Source: Octopus bimaculoides (taxonomy: Eukaryota). From it: 42,606 nucleotides of DNA. Positions within the stretch are counted from its first letter, which is position 1; each line of letters starts with the position of its first letter. Made by a program: the position numbers and the translations under genes. The notes beneath the pieces were generated by a model, which saw only the letters and a program-made list of their open reading frames with translations, was not told where the DNA came from and did no database searches. The stretch is taken from the NCBI RefSeq assembly GCF_001194135.2, contig NC_068981.1:11435152-11477757 (forward strand), given 5' to 3'. This document shows positions 11,899 to 24,100 of this stretch, piece by piece.

Positions 11899-11940
<42 letters not shown>

Positions 11941-12076
11941 GACTAAATTTTCAAATGAATATTGATATAGATATTTTTATTGTTATTATTATCAGTGGTA
12001 AATTTAAATAATTGATAATAATAACGACAACAATATAGGTGGTAGCAAGTAATAATAGCGGTAAATAGCTAGAGAA

Positions 12077-12420
12077 TAAAATTTATAATTATAATTAACT
12101 TTAATTACGATAGAATCACACGAGGCGCGTACATGCTAGAAAAAAGAGTTAAATCCTGAAGTAAGCCACTGAATTACATTGAAATACACAACGGATCAAC
12201 AGAACTCAAAATCATGATCCAAGTCCATCCGATGTTTCATTCTACAGCTATGATCTGTGATGACTTGTATAATCTTCATTCACTTGCCCGATTTATGTTG
12301 ATCCATTGTGATTTCAATGTAATTCGGTGGTTAACTTGAGGATTTATCTCCTCTTTCTAGCAAGTAGGCGCCTCGTGTTCCCTCAGCTGTAATTATAGTC
12401 AATTGTAATTATAAATTTTA
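12077..12420. mobile_element. MITE-like foldback element with ~125-bp imperfect terminal inverted repeats
   Basis: 12077-12201 is the approximate reverse complement of 12296-12420 (e.g. cacgaggcgcgtacatgctagaaa / tttctagcaagtaggcgcctcgtg); TA at both ends. Confidence 0.85.
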
Positions 12421-12432
12421 CACACACATACA

Positions 12433-12468
<36 letters not shown>

Positions 12469-12479
12469 GATAGTTAGAT

Positions 12480-12608
12480 AGATTTGAAACAGTATTGGGA
12501 GAGTATTTTTCGTCAGGGACAAATGAATTTTGGAAGAGGGGCCTTGCACATTTACTAGATTGATGGAGGAGCAATGCAGAAAATGAAGGAGAGTACAATT
12601 TAGATTAA
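12480..12608 (+). mobile_element. Mariner transposase C-terminal fragment
   Basis: RFETVLGEYFSSGTNEFWKRGLAHLLD*WRSNAENEGEYNLD* fits the mariner pattern FF.SK..EF...GI..L..RW..V....GEY. Confidence 0.75.
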
Positions 12609-13065
12609 NNNNNNNNNNNNNNNNNNNNNNNNNNNNNNNNNNNNNNNNNNNNNNNNNNNNNNNNNNNNNNNNNNNNNNNNNNNNNNNNNNNNNNNNNNNN
12701 NNNNNNNNNNNNNNNNNNNNNNNNNNNNNNNNNNNNNNNNNNNNNNNNNNNNNNNNNNNNNNNNNNNNNNNNNNNNNNNNNNNNNNNNNNNNNNNNNNNN
12801 NNNNNNNNNNNNNNNNNNNNNNNNNNNNNNNNNNNNNNNNNNNNNNNNNNNNNNNNNNNNNNNNNNNNNNNNNNNNNNNNNNNNNNNNNNNNNNNNNNNN
12901 NNNNNNNNNNNNNNNNNNNNNNNNNNNNNNNNNNNNNNNNNNNNNNNNNNNNNNNNNNNNNNNNNNNNNNNNNNNNNNNNNNNNNNNNNNNNNNNNNNNN
13001 NNNNNNNNNNNNNNNNNNNNNNNNNNNNNNNNNNNNNNNNNNNNNNNNNNNNNNNNNNNNNNNNN

Positions 13066-13110
<45 letters not shown>

Positions 13111-13269
13111 TATATATATATATATATATGTGCGTGTGCGTGTGTGTGTGTTTAGGTGTGTGTGAGCGCGTGTGTGTATACACATACGTACGTGCATACA
13201 CACACACGCTCACACACATATCTAGTCGCACACACGCATGTATATATAATGTTTACAATATTTATATAC

Positions 13270-14395
13270 ACACACACAAATATTGGACAAAATAATGGAA
13301 ATACCATTATGCATTTATGTACTTTATCTATTGGCAACATGACAAGTAAGTTCAAAAGTGTGCTAATCTGTACATATCTTATCGTATACATTATATATGC
13401 CTTGCACTTCATGATACCTTGTTTCCATTTACAGATATATATATAAATATATATATATACGTAAATATGTCGAAATGCGAAAACTTCCTCGTTTCCAAAG
13501 CTTACAAATTGCTGGAGCAAATATGATAGAAATTTCAGTCAAGAAAACTACTGAATTGTTTAATGTTTTAAGAGGTACTCTCTCTAAATCTATGGCATTC
13601 GAAAAGGGAGCTAAAACTAAGGCGGAAAGTGCATTATATAGTGAAAGACTGCAAAGAAGCGAAACGTAATGTGTCTAAAAAAAATTTTAAAAAGAAGGAA
13701 TACTGAAATACGGCAGCAGACTTCTCGGCAAAGCTAAACCATTACTTTACCAATCCTGTGTCAATGAAATCTATTTGTCGAGGGTTCCATTAAGCGCTAC
13801 AATAGCCCCTACATGGGGTGTTGAGAATATGCATATTGCTGGGGAACATCATGTCCATTTACGAAGAGTTAATGCGACCTATCATCAAAATGATCAATTG
13901 GACCATTCTTCCTTGACAGTATTATGAATGCTTCCATTCACTTGCTGCGACAATCTGTTAGGCCAAGAACTCAGGAATACTTAAAATATGTGGTGTTCTA
14001 TTTCCAGCGAGATTAGGCAATTTCAAACTATCAGAGCTGCATAAAGGTCTAACTTGATGAGATTTTGCTAAATGATGGAATTGACAAAGAGGTTCAGTAT
14101 CATACACTCTGCGTTCACTGGCCGTCGTATCTGCTGCTGTAACATACGGCAACTATCTGTAAAAGGTCAGCCTGTTTGCGAAGAAACTTTTAAGCGCGTT
14201 TCTGCTCTCTTGTGAGATGTAGTGTCAAGCTTTATATAATTATAATAGAAGTGTGTTTGTGTTCGATTATTTATGCACTTCTGCATTTGGTTATTCACGC
14301 ATTATCCATGCTTTTGTCAATAAAATTGCAATCAATTACCCATTTCTTATGATCAATGTATACTCTCTATAGGTGTAACTACTTTCTTGTGACAT
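13270..14395 (+). mobile_element. Decayed Tc1-like DNA transposon with internal deletion
   Basis: 5' TIR remnant ttggacaaaataatggaaatacc (13283-13305); MRKLPRFQSLQIAGANMIEISVKKTTELFNVLRGTLSK (Tc1 HTH); TAADFSAKLNHYFTNPVSMKSICRGFH; WGVENMHIAG...RVNA; NASIH; KLSELH. The 3' boundary is tentative. Confidence 0.72.
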
Positions 14396-14699
14396 ATTTT
14401 ACGTCAACCAACGTTATTTGCATTGTAAGCTGTATTTCAAACCATATTATAGCAACAAAATAATTCATTATTGAATCACAACCTTAAGAAAATCGCACGC
14501 CATAATAGGATTCCATTTCTAATATTCTTCTTTTCTCCTCTGGTATTATTGATACTGCTGAATTCAACCGAGGATTTTATAGTAAATATCAGCACAGAAA
14601 TTTCCCGTTACAGAGAAATATTAATACAACATTGAATAATTGGTTTCTGCAATATAATGCTGATTCGGATGCTGCTGCTTCTGCTGCTGAAGATGATGA

Positions 14700-16302
14700 G
14701 GATAAGAATTGAAAACAAAACCACACCAAGAATTAAAAAACGTGAACCTGGCCGTCACAAAACTAATATCCACAGAAACAAATGTCAATATAACCAGGTT
14801 AAATTAAGAAATATATGCAGTAGCCTCCGTAGCCACAAAAGAAGCTGGAGACCCCTGAAACCCATCCAAACAGGAGTATCACCACTCAATTAAACCCTGT
14901 GGATAAATAATATCCAGAAACAAAATAGAAAATTAAAGAAAGGCTCTGTCAAGCCTTAATGAAACTAATCGATACTACTAAACAACAAGAAGAGAAGAAA
15001 AATACCACGTAAATACAAAATTACAGAACAAGGTATACGTGAGGTAAGAGAACAGCTAAAGCATGATATCCTCACCAAAGTACAAAGAATTTGCCGGTAG
15101 GAGAAACACCAACGCTTCTTTGAACAAAACAAACAATTCAACTCCCATCCCAAAAGATTCTTCCAAGAACTTGGTTGAAATAAAATAGAGATCAATGCAG
15201 CACCAGCAGCAGAAGTGGAAGAATTTTGAAAAGTAGTATGGTCGGTGAAGGAACAACCTCAGAAAAGATCTATCAAAATAACAAACACAGCACCCGCACA
15301 ACTCTATAACAACCGAAGAGGTCACCCAGGCACTGCAAAAATTAAGCATCTGGAAAGCACGACAAGGTACGACAAGATTCCCAACTTCTGTTTAAAATAT
15401 CTAACACGTATACATAAAACGCTTGCTGAGAAATTTAATGAAATACTAGCAGAGTCAGAGGCAATGCTTGAATGGCTCACAGAAGGGAAAACCATCTTAA
15501 TTCTCAAATTCACTGAAACTGCAAACCCACAAAATTACAGACCAATAACTTTTCTCTCTATAATTTCAAAGACTTTACTGCAATAATATCGCAGATAATG
15601 GGCAAACATCTAGAAGAAAACAACCTGTTTCCAGAAGAGCAGAGGAGATGCTGCAAGTGCTCATTAGGTGTAAAGATCAGCTATTGATCAATAAAGTAAT
15701 AGCTGAAGACAGCCATAGGAAAAAGAAGGGTCTAAGTATAGCTTGGATCGATGATCGAAAGACTTTTGACAGCATTCCCATCGCATGGATCCTACAAACA
15801 CTAGCCATGAACAATGTAGCACCCTAATCATAAAATATATAAAATATTCCATGTATAATTGGCAAACAGTGGTACAGCTCCAGACAAAAGAGGGGCTCAT
15901 AAAAGTCAAGGCTATCCCCATTAGAAGAGAAACACGCTCTTACCTCTTCTTTTCTGCTTCGCACTGACACCTTTATCTGAAATGCTAAACAGAACTGGAT
16001 GTGGATACAGCTCTTATGGCAAAACGATCAGCCGTCTCTTGTATATGGATAATTTAAACTGAGTGCTGCAAATGATAAACAACTGGAAACATTACTACAG
16101 GCAGTATATGGATTTAACAAAGAAATAAACATGAAATTTGGCTTAGAAAAATGTGCCAAAGTAACCTTGAAAAGAGAAAAAACTAGTTAAGAGTAACAAC
16201 ATCACACTAGATAAAGCAAAGGAAATACGAAAATGAAACCAAACCCAGACATACAAATACGAAGTAATCAATGAACTAGATACGATACAATGCACAAACA
16301 CT
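14700..16302 (+). mobile_element. R4/Dong-like (RLE-type) LINE reverse transcriptase pseudogene
   Basis: WLTEGKTILI...PQNYRPITFL, EEQR, KDQLLINKVI, GLSIAWIDDRKTFDSIP, LLYMDNL (YMDD decayed), MKFGLEKCAKV; many frameshifts; cut at TTAA by piggyBac. Confidence 0.88.
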
Positions 16303-16306
16303 TTAA

Positions 16307-17540
16307 CCAGTTTACGGCGGTGATTCCTTCGTTTGCCTGCGTGCGGTAACGGTAACATCGCCGACTGAGGTTTGCACGTAGTGCGAAATAACGCTTGGGC
16401 TATAATTACGTCAACCGCTTTAGTGCAAGTACTGTTTATTTACCTAAACTATATACCTATGCAGGACGCTCATGCGGTATTATTCCTGAATAAGATCACT
16501 AGACAGCACAAGTCGGATCAACTTCATGTATTTACAATCATGTGAATTCAGAAATTGACTTTAATGTGGTAGAGTTCAAAACAGGGTGCCGCACAAAGTG
16601 GCATATCACATTGTGAACAATGCTTTCTGCTTTTCTCGTGTTTCCCTTTTACTTTACATACTGTGCATCTATTTGAAGCATTTGTCTTCTTGGCGGTGGA
16701 AGGAAACAATCGTGGTGAGGAGAGAATCCGGCGTGGAGAAGTCCACACCTTCTGTACTTTGGCAGGCCTGATGCTTCTATCATTTCATGGGACAATAGAT
16801 TCCTGAATGTCAATCTATCCCCCATACCGCCAAGCATCTACCAAATCAAATGTGAGTTCACAACACATGTCAACTACAAGTTAATTTTTTGTATCGTTTG
16901 ACACATTTTCTCACCAATTTGTGTTATCGACAGCTGATCTGAGCGGTCGACCCCGCCCATTCCTTAATTGTATGAAATAACTACATTCGGTTTCGTTATG
17001 GCATCACCTTCCGCATCTTGTTTCCTCCTGTCCTCCATGCCTGCAGAATACATTATGGATAATATGCAGACGTTTTTCATGTCATGCCACACTAGAGTGA
17101 GAATGCCACTATTGGTTCATCGATAGGCTGTCTCCCCCTTTCAATGTATTAATTTGAGAGGATCGGGCAGCATGCTTTGTTTTTCCTGTGTGTGGTCACA
17201 GTCCCACACATATAAGTCCTCCTCACCTGCAGCTGTAAGAGGATAGATGTCTGGACTGGAAAACCAGCTGTCCATATAAATATTGTAGCATCTGTAAAAC
17301 AATTTTTCATTCAGCGACAACACACATCAGTTGACGCTAGAGTAGATGCTGGAAGATCCAATCTGTCTTCACCGGTATACATTTTGTAATTCCACATGTA
17401 CCCACAGGCTCTGCCAGTTAACTGGCATACGTTATACAGCTAGACTCCAAAGAGAGTGAATCCGATTTCTTGCAACTCTGCACAAAATTCGGATTCATTT
17501 TCTCAATTTTTCAACGAGGTTTCCTCTATCCAATGGTTAC
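16307..17540 (-). mobile_element. piggyBac (PGBD4-like) transposon 3' half with right terminus
   Basis: TTAA|CCAG terminus at 16303-16310; C-terminal Cys-rich domain RCTVCKVKGKHEKSRKHCSQCDMPLCAAPCFELYH; GMGGVDRSDQ; YMDSWFSSP; GYMWNYKMYTGED. Confidence 0.9.
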
Positions 17541-18442
17541 AACAATGTAATAACGATTTATATAGATAGTTGTTTTCATGGGTATATTCATTAATACGAA
17601 CTAAAAATGATTGTAGTAACCTTCCCAATGTCTTTATTTTAATTTCTATGCTAAGGAACAGGAGAAGACAGAGTATATAATGAACTTGGGTGCAAAGATC
17701 CATTACAAGTCTATGTTAGGAATGTTTCAAAATTACTTGTTTGTTGTAAAGGACTGTATGTAATTGTTGACTTTTAAATACATAGATTTGCTATGCAAGC
17801 ATTGTGTCCGCCATAAATTTCTTACAAAAGACTAGTACAATACAGAAAGACAGAAATAACTGAGAATACAAAAAGAAAATGACTATTAAAAAAAGAGAAA
17901 ACGCAACTAAACACAAGTATATAAACTATATAGATACAAAAACATGCGCAAAAGATTCACATAAAGAAAATAACATGCATATGTATATGTACAAGGAAGA
18001 TCACAAAATCATATATAAGTTATCATCAAATACAGAAAAATAAATATTAATTTGAAAAGTGCAGTATTAAATAATTCAAGTAGTGGTTTGTTCAGTGTAA
18101 CAATCATGAAGAAATTTCAAGTAAAAAAACGTCTGTTTTTTAAAAACGTTCTTTATATATATTTTCCTTGATTGATCTGCAGTTTGAAAGCAATTGAAAT
18201 GAAACATGAAAAAATTTCTATATTTTCAGCTCTGTTTTGCTAATTTGACTGCAGGACACCACTCTTACAATATTATACAATACTTATTATATTTTTCACA
18301 GCCTCAGAAATTTAAAAGAAAATTTTGATAACCGAAATTATATTTGACTTCATTTACTCACGTGCTTTTTTTTAATCATTCGCTTGTTTCAGTCTGCTGC
18401 CTATGGCAAGACAAGGAAACCACCATTTTTTATAATTTAATT

Positions 18443-18543
18443 TTATTTCTTGATCACATTATCTCTGTATTTTGGTGAATGAGAGAGTTGGGCATCGCTA
18501 TCTTCATTTGTGTTTCTTGCTGTGGCAAAGGTTCGTCTGGGAT
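18443..18543 (-). CDS. Candidate terminal coding exon of an unidentified host gene
   Basis: Strong acceptor ttttttttattattttag; phase-1 frame PRRTFATARNTNEDSDAQLSHSPKYRDNVIKK*; AT-rich UTR-like sequence follows. No homology recognised. Confidence 0.25.
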
Positions 18544-18689
18544 CTAAAATAATAAAAAAAACATTATTCAGTTCTTATTGAAAACACTGCCTCTATAATC
18601 TTGGGAACTCTTAAATTTCTGTGCATATTACTGAGTTTTGAGCCTTTCAGTCAAATATATTTGAAATAACTCTTCTATAGTTCACACAT

Positions 18690-19350
18690 AATTTAGTCGA
18701 TCTGCTGTCAGTAATCAAAGGGTCTCTCTTATATGGAGTTGAAGATAATTTTTCGCGAACTGAAGCTATTTCCCTATTTTGTTTCTATCCCTAAGAAATA
18801 ATGGTTTTGTGTATACTGCCCTTTCTTTCTTGAACAGATATAATGTATTTGACTCGCGTTATTGACATGTTTTTGCACATCTCATGTCATCATTGCGCAC
18901 ATAGGAACTTCCGGGCCACAACTTATTCAGAACTTTCTCTGAATCAGTTTCCAGTCTGCTTTCGTAACAATTAAGGGCGAAATCTATCTAAGTGCCATTT
19001 TTTCTTGGATGTCTCTTTGGACCATACGTTTTCACTTGTAATATATTATAAAATGTGAGAATCAATGGTGTAGCTATCACATTCTGGCAAACCTCCATGT
19101 TGTTTGAGAAGCAGTGAATAAATGAGATACCTAATTAAGATTCCGGTTGCCTTTATGCATACAATGGACTAACCGAGAACATATTGTCATCGTACCATTG
19201 ATTGTTTCGGAGTTTGAAGTTATTCAAGAGGAAAGCACCCTATTAAACCAGTTCCATTAATATCTCTTCTATCTTTCTGAAGCTTTCTACAAATTTGTCA
19301 TCTTGGCTTGAAGTAATAGTTGGGCAACATAATGTACATATAACCACATA
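18690..19350 (-). mobile_element. RTE-type LINE AP-endonuclease remnant
   Basis: CPTITSSQDDKFVESFRKIEEIL (cf. YAPT..SS.E.K..FY), LLNNFKLR (cf. LLGDFNAR), HPR.KKWHL.D, TDSR (cf. TDHR); heavily decayed. Confidence 0.5.
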
Positions 19351-19829
19351 AGTTTGTTTTATATGTATTATTCCTGTCCCGTGTGTCTTCATATATATTA
19401 ATCATGTAAACAGAGTTTGTATTTAACCGAAGGATTAAGAATTTTATAAATTAATCATTACCCATGACAAATCCAGAATGACAAATCTCGTACCCGTCAT
19501 GGTAGAATACGGTGTAGTTTCAGATATTTTATCTTCACATTTGCTATATTTATTCTAGGGTCTCTGAAGTATAGAATTGTTACCTTTTATTAAGTTTTAA
19601 GTGAACTCTAAATTAACAGCATTCATCTGTTTGAGTAGAGGTTAATAATGGAAAAACTAGATCTATTATTTGTGGTGGCTTTTCATGTAGGCATATTTGA
19701 TTCTATTCTTCTACCGCTCGCAGGTAAATCAACTGCACGTAATATATTTCCTTGGGTGTGTATTGTGTTCAAACTAGACAAAATTGTCGCTTTCCGAAAA
19801 CCAATAAAATTACGAACAAAATACATAAC

Positions 19830-19925
19830 GGGCATTTCGCTTGTCCTTACATTCTGGGTTCAAATTCTGTCGACTTTGCTTTTCATCCTTTCAAGGTCGA
19901 TAGAATAAGAACCAGTTCAATACTA
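19830..19925 (+). mobile_element. SINE fragment (42289 family)
   Basis: cattctgggttcaaattctgtcgactttgcttttcatcctttcaaggtcgatagaataag. Confidence 0.75.
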
Positions 19926-20305
19926 TAAATGATTTAATTTAACACCTCTTCAGATATTGCTGGTCTTGTGCCATAATTTGAAACATATATTAACTGTCAG
20001 GCTATCTTGGCACCCGAGTGATCTTCACTACACATTTCGGTTTCGGTAGCATTATCTTTCACTATCTAATAAATTTCGATATTGCCTAATAAGTTTATAT
20101 ATTACTACCTATGGCTGACAACAAATCAGTTGCGTTGTGTCACTGCATTTACGTCATTAATCTAACAAAGCCCTAGTTTTTCTGGGTCTCGACAATTTCA
20201 TTTTTTAAGTAGAAAGAGTTTTTACCTTTTTCCAGATCATTTTTGATCATTTTCCATAACGAAACTTTCCAGAATTGGTATCATTGTTTCATGTTCTAAA
20301 TGGGA

Positions 20306-20614
20306 CTCCTCTTAGCTCCTTGTGGAGCATAGGGCCGGTTTCCCGGTTTCCATGGCATATATGTTCCCCCTTAGCTGGACGGGACACCAGTCCATCGCAG
20401 CTTTTTTACTCAAGAAACAGCAAGAATGAGTGAGAGAAAGTTGGGGGTGGGAAGAGTACAGCAGGGGCGAAAGAGTACAGCAGGGGTCCCGGAGCCTCGT
20501 GGAGCTTTAAGTGTTTTCGCTCAATAAACACAACACAACATACGGTCTGGGAATCGAATCCGCGATCCTCCGACAGCGACTCCGCTGCCATAACCACTGG
20601 GCCACTGCGCCTCC
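20306..20614 (-). mobile_element. tRNA-derived SINE: 10334-type head/body with an alternative 3' module
   Basis: Minus-strand head ggaggcgcagtggcccagtggtt; 3' part cgatggactggtgtcccgtccag...gaaaccgggaaaccggccc; internal ~19-bp tandem duplication near 20452-20486. Confidence 0.88.
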
Positions 20615-20749
20615 ATTTTCTAAATGATGGTTCGGTAATTTGTTCACTAATGAAGTTTTGTTAGAATCTTTCTATTTATTTGTAAGTAGCAAGGGAGCTC
20701 ATTTGATATATGCAATTTATCTGAGGAAGTTAAAATATAGTAAAAGTGT

Positions 20750-20752
20750 GTA

Positions 20753-20803
<51 letters not shown>

Positions 20804-20835
20804 AAGAAAGAGAGACAGAGGAATAGAGAGATAGG
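20750..20835. repeat. (TG)n/(GA)n microsatellite
   Basis: Direct reading. Confidence 0.93.
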
Positions 20836-21157
20836 AAAAGAAGGAGAGAAGCAAGAATCAACACACGGGAAATTTAAGGTACTTTCTGCTTTTTTCTGTT
20901 TTATGAAACATGTGAGGTGAGTTTAGTACTGATTAACTGGAATACAAACTAGGCCAGAAAGAATAGAACACAAATAATTCAAGATATATGTTTCTGTAGA
21001 GAATATAGGAATCTTAAAATATAGAAAACTCTGAAGAAAATATAGGAATCTAAGTTGATTCATCCTGAGAAATTTGGTAAAGAGAAATACTTAGGAAATA
21101 AACGAAGATTGGATGTTGCAAAATGAAAGCTATGTTACACCCGCGAAACACACACAT

Positions 21158-21198
<41 letters not shown>

Positions 21199-21374
21199 CA
21201 ATCAAACAAACACACACAAACAATCAAACAAACAAACTACAAACATACACAAAAAACAAAAGGAGATGAGCTTAATAGGAAATAATTAAAAGAAGGCCAA
21301 AATTAGATACAAAACGAAATGAAACATAATATTTAGAATAAAATACACCGGGGTTAAATATTGATTTTAAACTT

Positions 21375-21515
21375 TGGTACAAGGCCAGTGATATCGGGGG
21401 AGGGGATAATTCGATTACATCGACCTCAGTGCTTAACTGGTACTTATTTTATCGACCCCGAAATGATAAACGTGCAAGTCGACCACGGCGGAATTTGAAT
21501 TCGGAAGGTAAAAGG
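21375..21515 (-). mobile_element. SINE fragment (42289 family)
   Basis: ttaactggtacttattttatcgaccccgaaatgataaacgtgcaagtcgaccacggcggaatttgaattcgg. Confidence 0.8.
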
Positions 21516-21622
21516 GAAAACTCGGGGAATGTATTGTCAGGAAAAAACAGTTCGCAATTCTTCGAAGAAAATTGATTGCGAGCTAACACTTAATTTGTAT
21601 GTTTGCCCTTACACTGCTCACG

Positions 21623-21653
<31 letters not shown>

Positions 21654-21999
21654 ACGCACACACACGCACGCACGCACGCACGCACACAGCACAAACATAC
21701 TCAGGCATACACGAATCATAAAGGGATTTTAATTTCGAGCTAACACTCAGTTTGGTTTTTTACTCTGACACTGCCGAATCGCGAGTGATATAAAGGCATC
21801 TAAATGTCGATGTTCTCCGACGACAGAAAACAACAGCAATCTGGCAGTCATGTTCGAAACTGTCACGGCGTATTTAGAATGAAAAGATATGATTCTGTTG
21901 AGATTCTCACTGTCGAAAATCCTTATTTATTTAAGTGACATCTACAACTGTCAAAAATATATTTACTTCATGATTTTCTATAAACAAGAGCTTGTATTC

Positions 22000-23604
22000 T
22001 TATTGGGTGTATCGGTCTGGTGCAGCATTTATTGAGGAAATATGCAATAACGTTGAAACGCCGATGTGTCTCAAATCCCCTTACTTGAGTTGATCGGGTG
22101 TGTTTTGAACACAAATCATCTGACAGAAGGAGGTGCTCTCCGATAACGAAAAATAATTCAACTATTCACATTCAAATCTGCAAGAACGTTTTAAGATTGA
22201 AAGTACATTTCTTCCAAAGGCAACGGAAACTTTGAAAACGACGTCGAAGTGAAAATACAATTCAGGAGGGCAGGAGGAAGTTTTAAAGAGGCAGACTAAC
22301 ACGATTTACTATCACATGTGTTAGAGATAATTTTGAAGCAAATAGAGCAGTTCAAAATTTTCCCAATAAAGGTTCCGTCCAGAACATCACGGATATTGAA
22401 CGCTCCAAAATGCAAGAAAAGAAACTAGAAACATATTCTCAGAGTTCAAGAGAATCTGTGCGGCGAGACTTCAGTAAAGTAAGGATTTCCAAAACAAGCG
22501 GCCATCTCATTTCCAAGCGTTGTCATTAGATATAATACTTTGCAAGTATATTTCATGCTCACAACGAAAACGAGAGACAAAAGAGTAGAGTGGTACTTGG
22601 AAAGATGTATTGAAGAGGCATACTCTTCAACAATTAAGCTATACTTAAATCAAATGGTTCATTTAACCACTACAATTGCACCCACTGGGGAGAGGAGAAT
22701 GAGTGTATTTCGGAGGAACAACATATTATGAGAGTTACGACGTTCTTCGGCTTATCATTCACCTTTGAAGGTGCTGTGACTGACCTATTTGTATTTGCTG
22801 TTGTTTGTTCCTTCTCGTGTCATGCTTAGCTCATGGGGGCCGATTTCCCGGTTTCATTGGCGTATAGGTTCCCCACATGGACAGGACACCGGTCTATCGC
22901 AGGTGAGCTGCTGCTAGATGCTGGAGGAAAGAGTGAGAGAAAGTTGTGGCGAAAGAGTCAGCGGAAGTTCGCCATTACCTTCTGCGGAGCGGCGTGGAGC
23001 TTAGTTGCTTTGCTCATAAACCTACACATCACCCAGTCTGAGATTCCGATCCGCGATCCCTCGTCCGCGAGTCCATTGATCTAGCCAATAGACCATGTGC
23101 CTCCACGTCTAACCTATTTACTTAAACTAATTGCGATAATGTATCATGTTAAGTATTCAAGAAGACTTTTCACAACGTGAAATTTCTCCTACCAACAAAA
23201 GGATCTACCACGACTGCCACAATATTTAAAGGACCTACCTTTAAGAATTTTGTGCAACATGTGAATTTGAAGAACATCAATATAATTACCCGCTTTGTTC
23301 ATCAAATCTCATGCTACTAGACTGTTTATGGGGATCCCTAAAAGGTAAAATCTGCGGTACAAAACTGTTAACGGTCGATGCACCGAGGGTAGCCACTGTG
23401 CGAGAATGCATACAAACACCGCACGAGTTGTTTCTCGATGTTTGCAATTCCATGAAATGCATTATCAGTTTACAAACAGGCGTTCAAAAGTATTAAATTG
23501 TACATGTAAATTGTATTAAATCTTGAAAATAAAATGCAATTTAAGAAACACTCAAATTATAATCATTTAATGTGTGTATTCGTTTTTTCGCAACTCCCGG
23601 CATA
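22000..23604 (+). mobile_element. Tc1/mariner-superfamily (DUF4817/DD37-like) transposase relic, interrupted by a SINE
   Basis: TITCVRDNFEANRAVQ; SRESVRR...ISKTSGHLISKR; AILKSNGSFNHYNCTHWGEEN; FTFEGAVT; YQQ; SSNLMLLDCLWGSLKGKICGTKLLTV...ECIQTPHELFLDVCNS; TIR-like 3' end tcatttaatgtgtgtattcgtttttt. Confidence 0.75.
22800..23105 (-). mobile_element. Older copy of the 20306-type SINE nested in the transposase
   Basis: Colinear with 20306-20614; degenerate 13-bp flanking duplication gactgacctattt (22778-22790) / gtctaacctattt (23107-23119). Confidence 0.8.
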
Positions 23605-23640
23605 CATACATGCATACATAAATTACACACACATACACAA

Positions 23641-23696
<56 letters not shown>
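23605..23696. repeat. (CATA)n/(CA)n/(TA)n microsatellite
   Basis: Direct reading. Confidence 0.93.
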
Positions 23697-23699
<3 letters not shown>

Positions 23700-23743
23700 C
23701 ATCTGTGTGAATGTACATTTGCTATTGATTTGAAACCAGATTC

Positions 23744-24100
23744 TTGTCACTAGCACTTAATTAAATTTCTGGATTAAAAATTAGATTAAAAGATAATGTG
23801 AATTAATTTAAAAATAATTTCTCTTCGTTTTTTTTTCTTTTTTAAATAAAACAAAATCTTGTACGGCATATAATAATATTACACCAACATTTTTCATACA
23901 ATATACGTGAGTTATTGTACGTTAAGGATTAGAACAAATTAAAATACAATTTGAATTTGTGATATAGAATATCAGAACACATTATCACCTGTTAATTAAA
24001 TTGGAAATATTAAACAGATTAGAATGAATTTCTTAGAAGTTAACAAGTAGTTTCAGGTGTCAATGAATAATGTTTCTTTACAAGATAACTATAATAAGAT
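23744..24100. repeat. Diverged direct duplicate of ~25893-26240
   Basis: Shared blocks such as ttgtcac..g..cttaattaaa.ttctggattaa, ataa.atta.accaac.t, aaggatta, tcagaat.t.agaa and ttcag.tg..aatgaa. Confidence 0.6.

Noticed and set aside
19648-19908. 86-aa hydrophobic ORF
   Set aside because: Its 3' third is a SINE fragment; likely spurious
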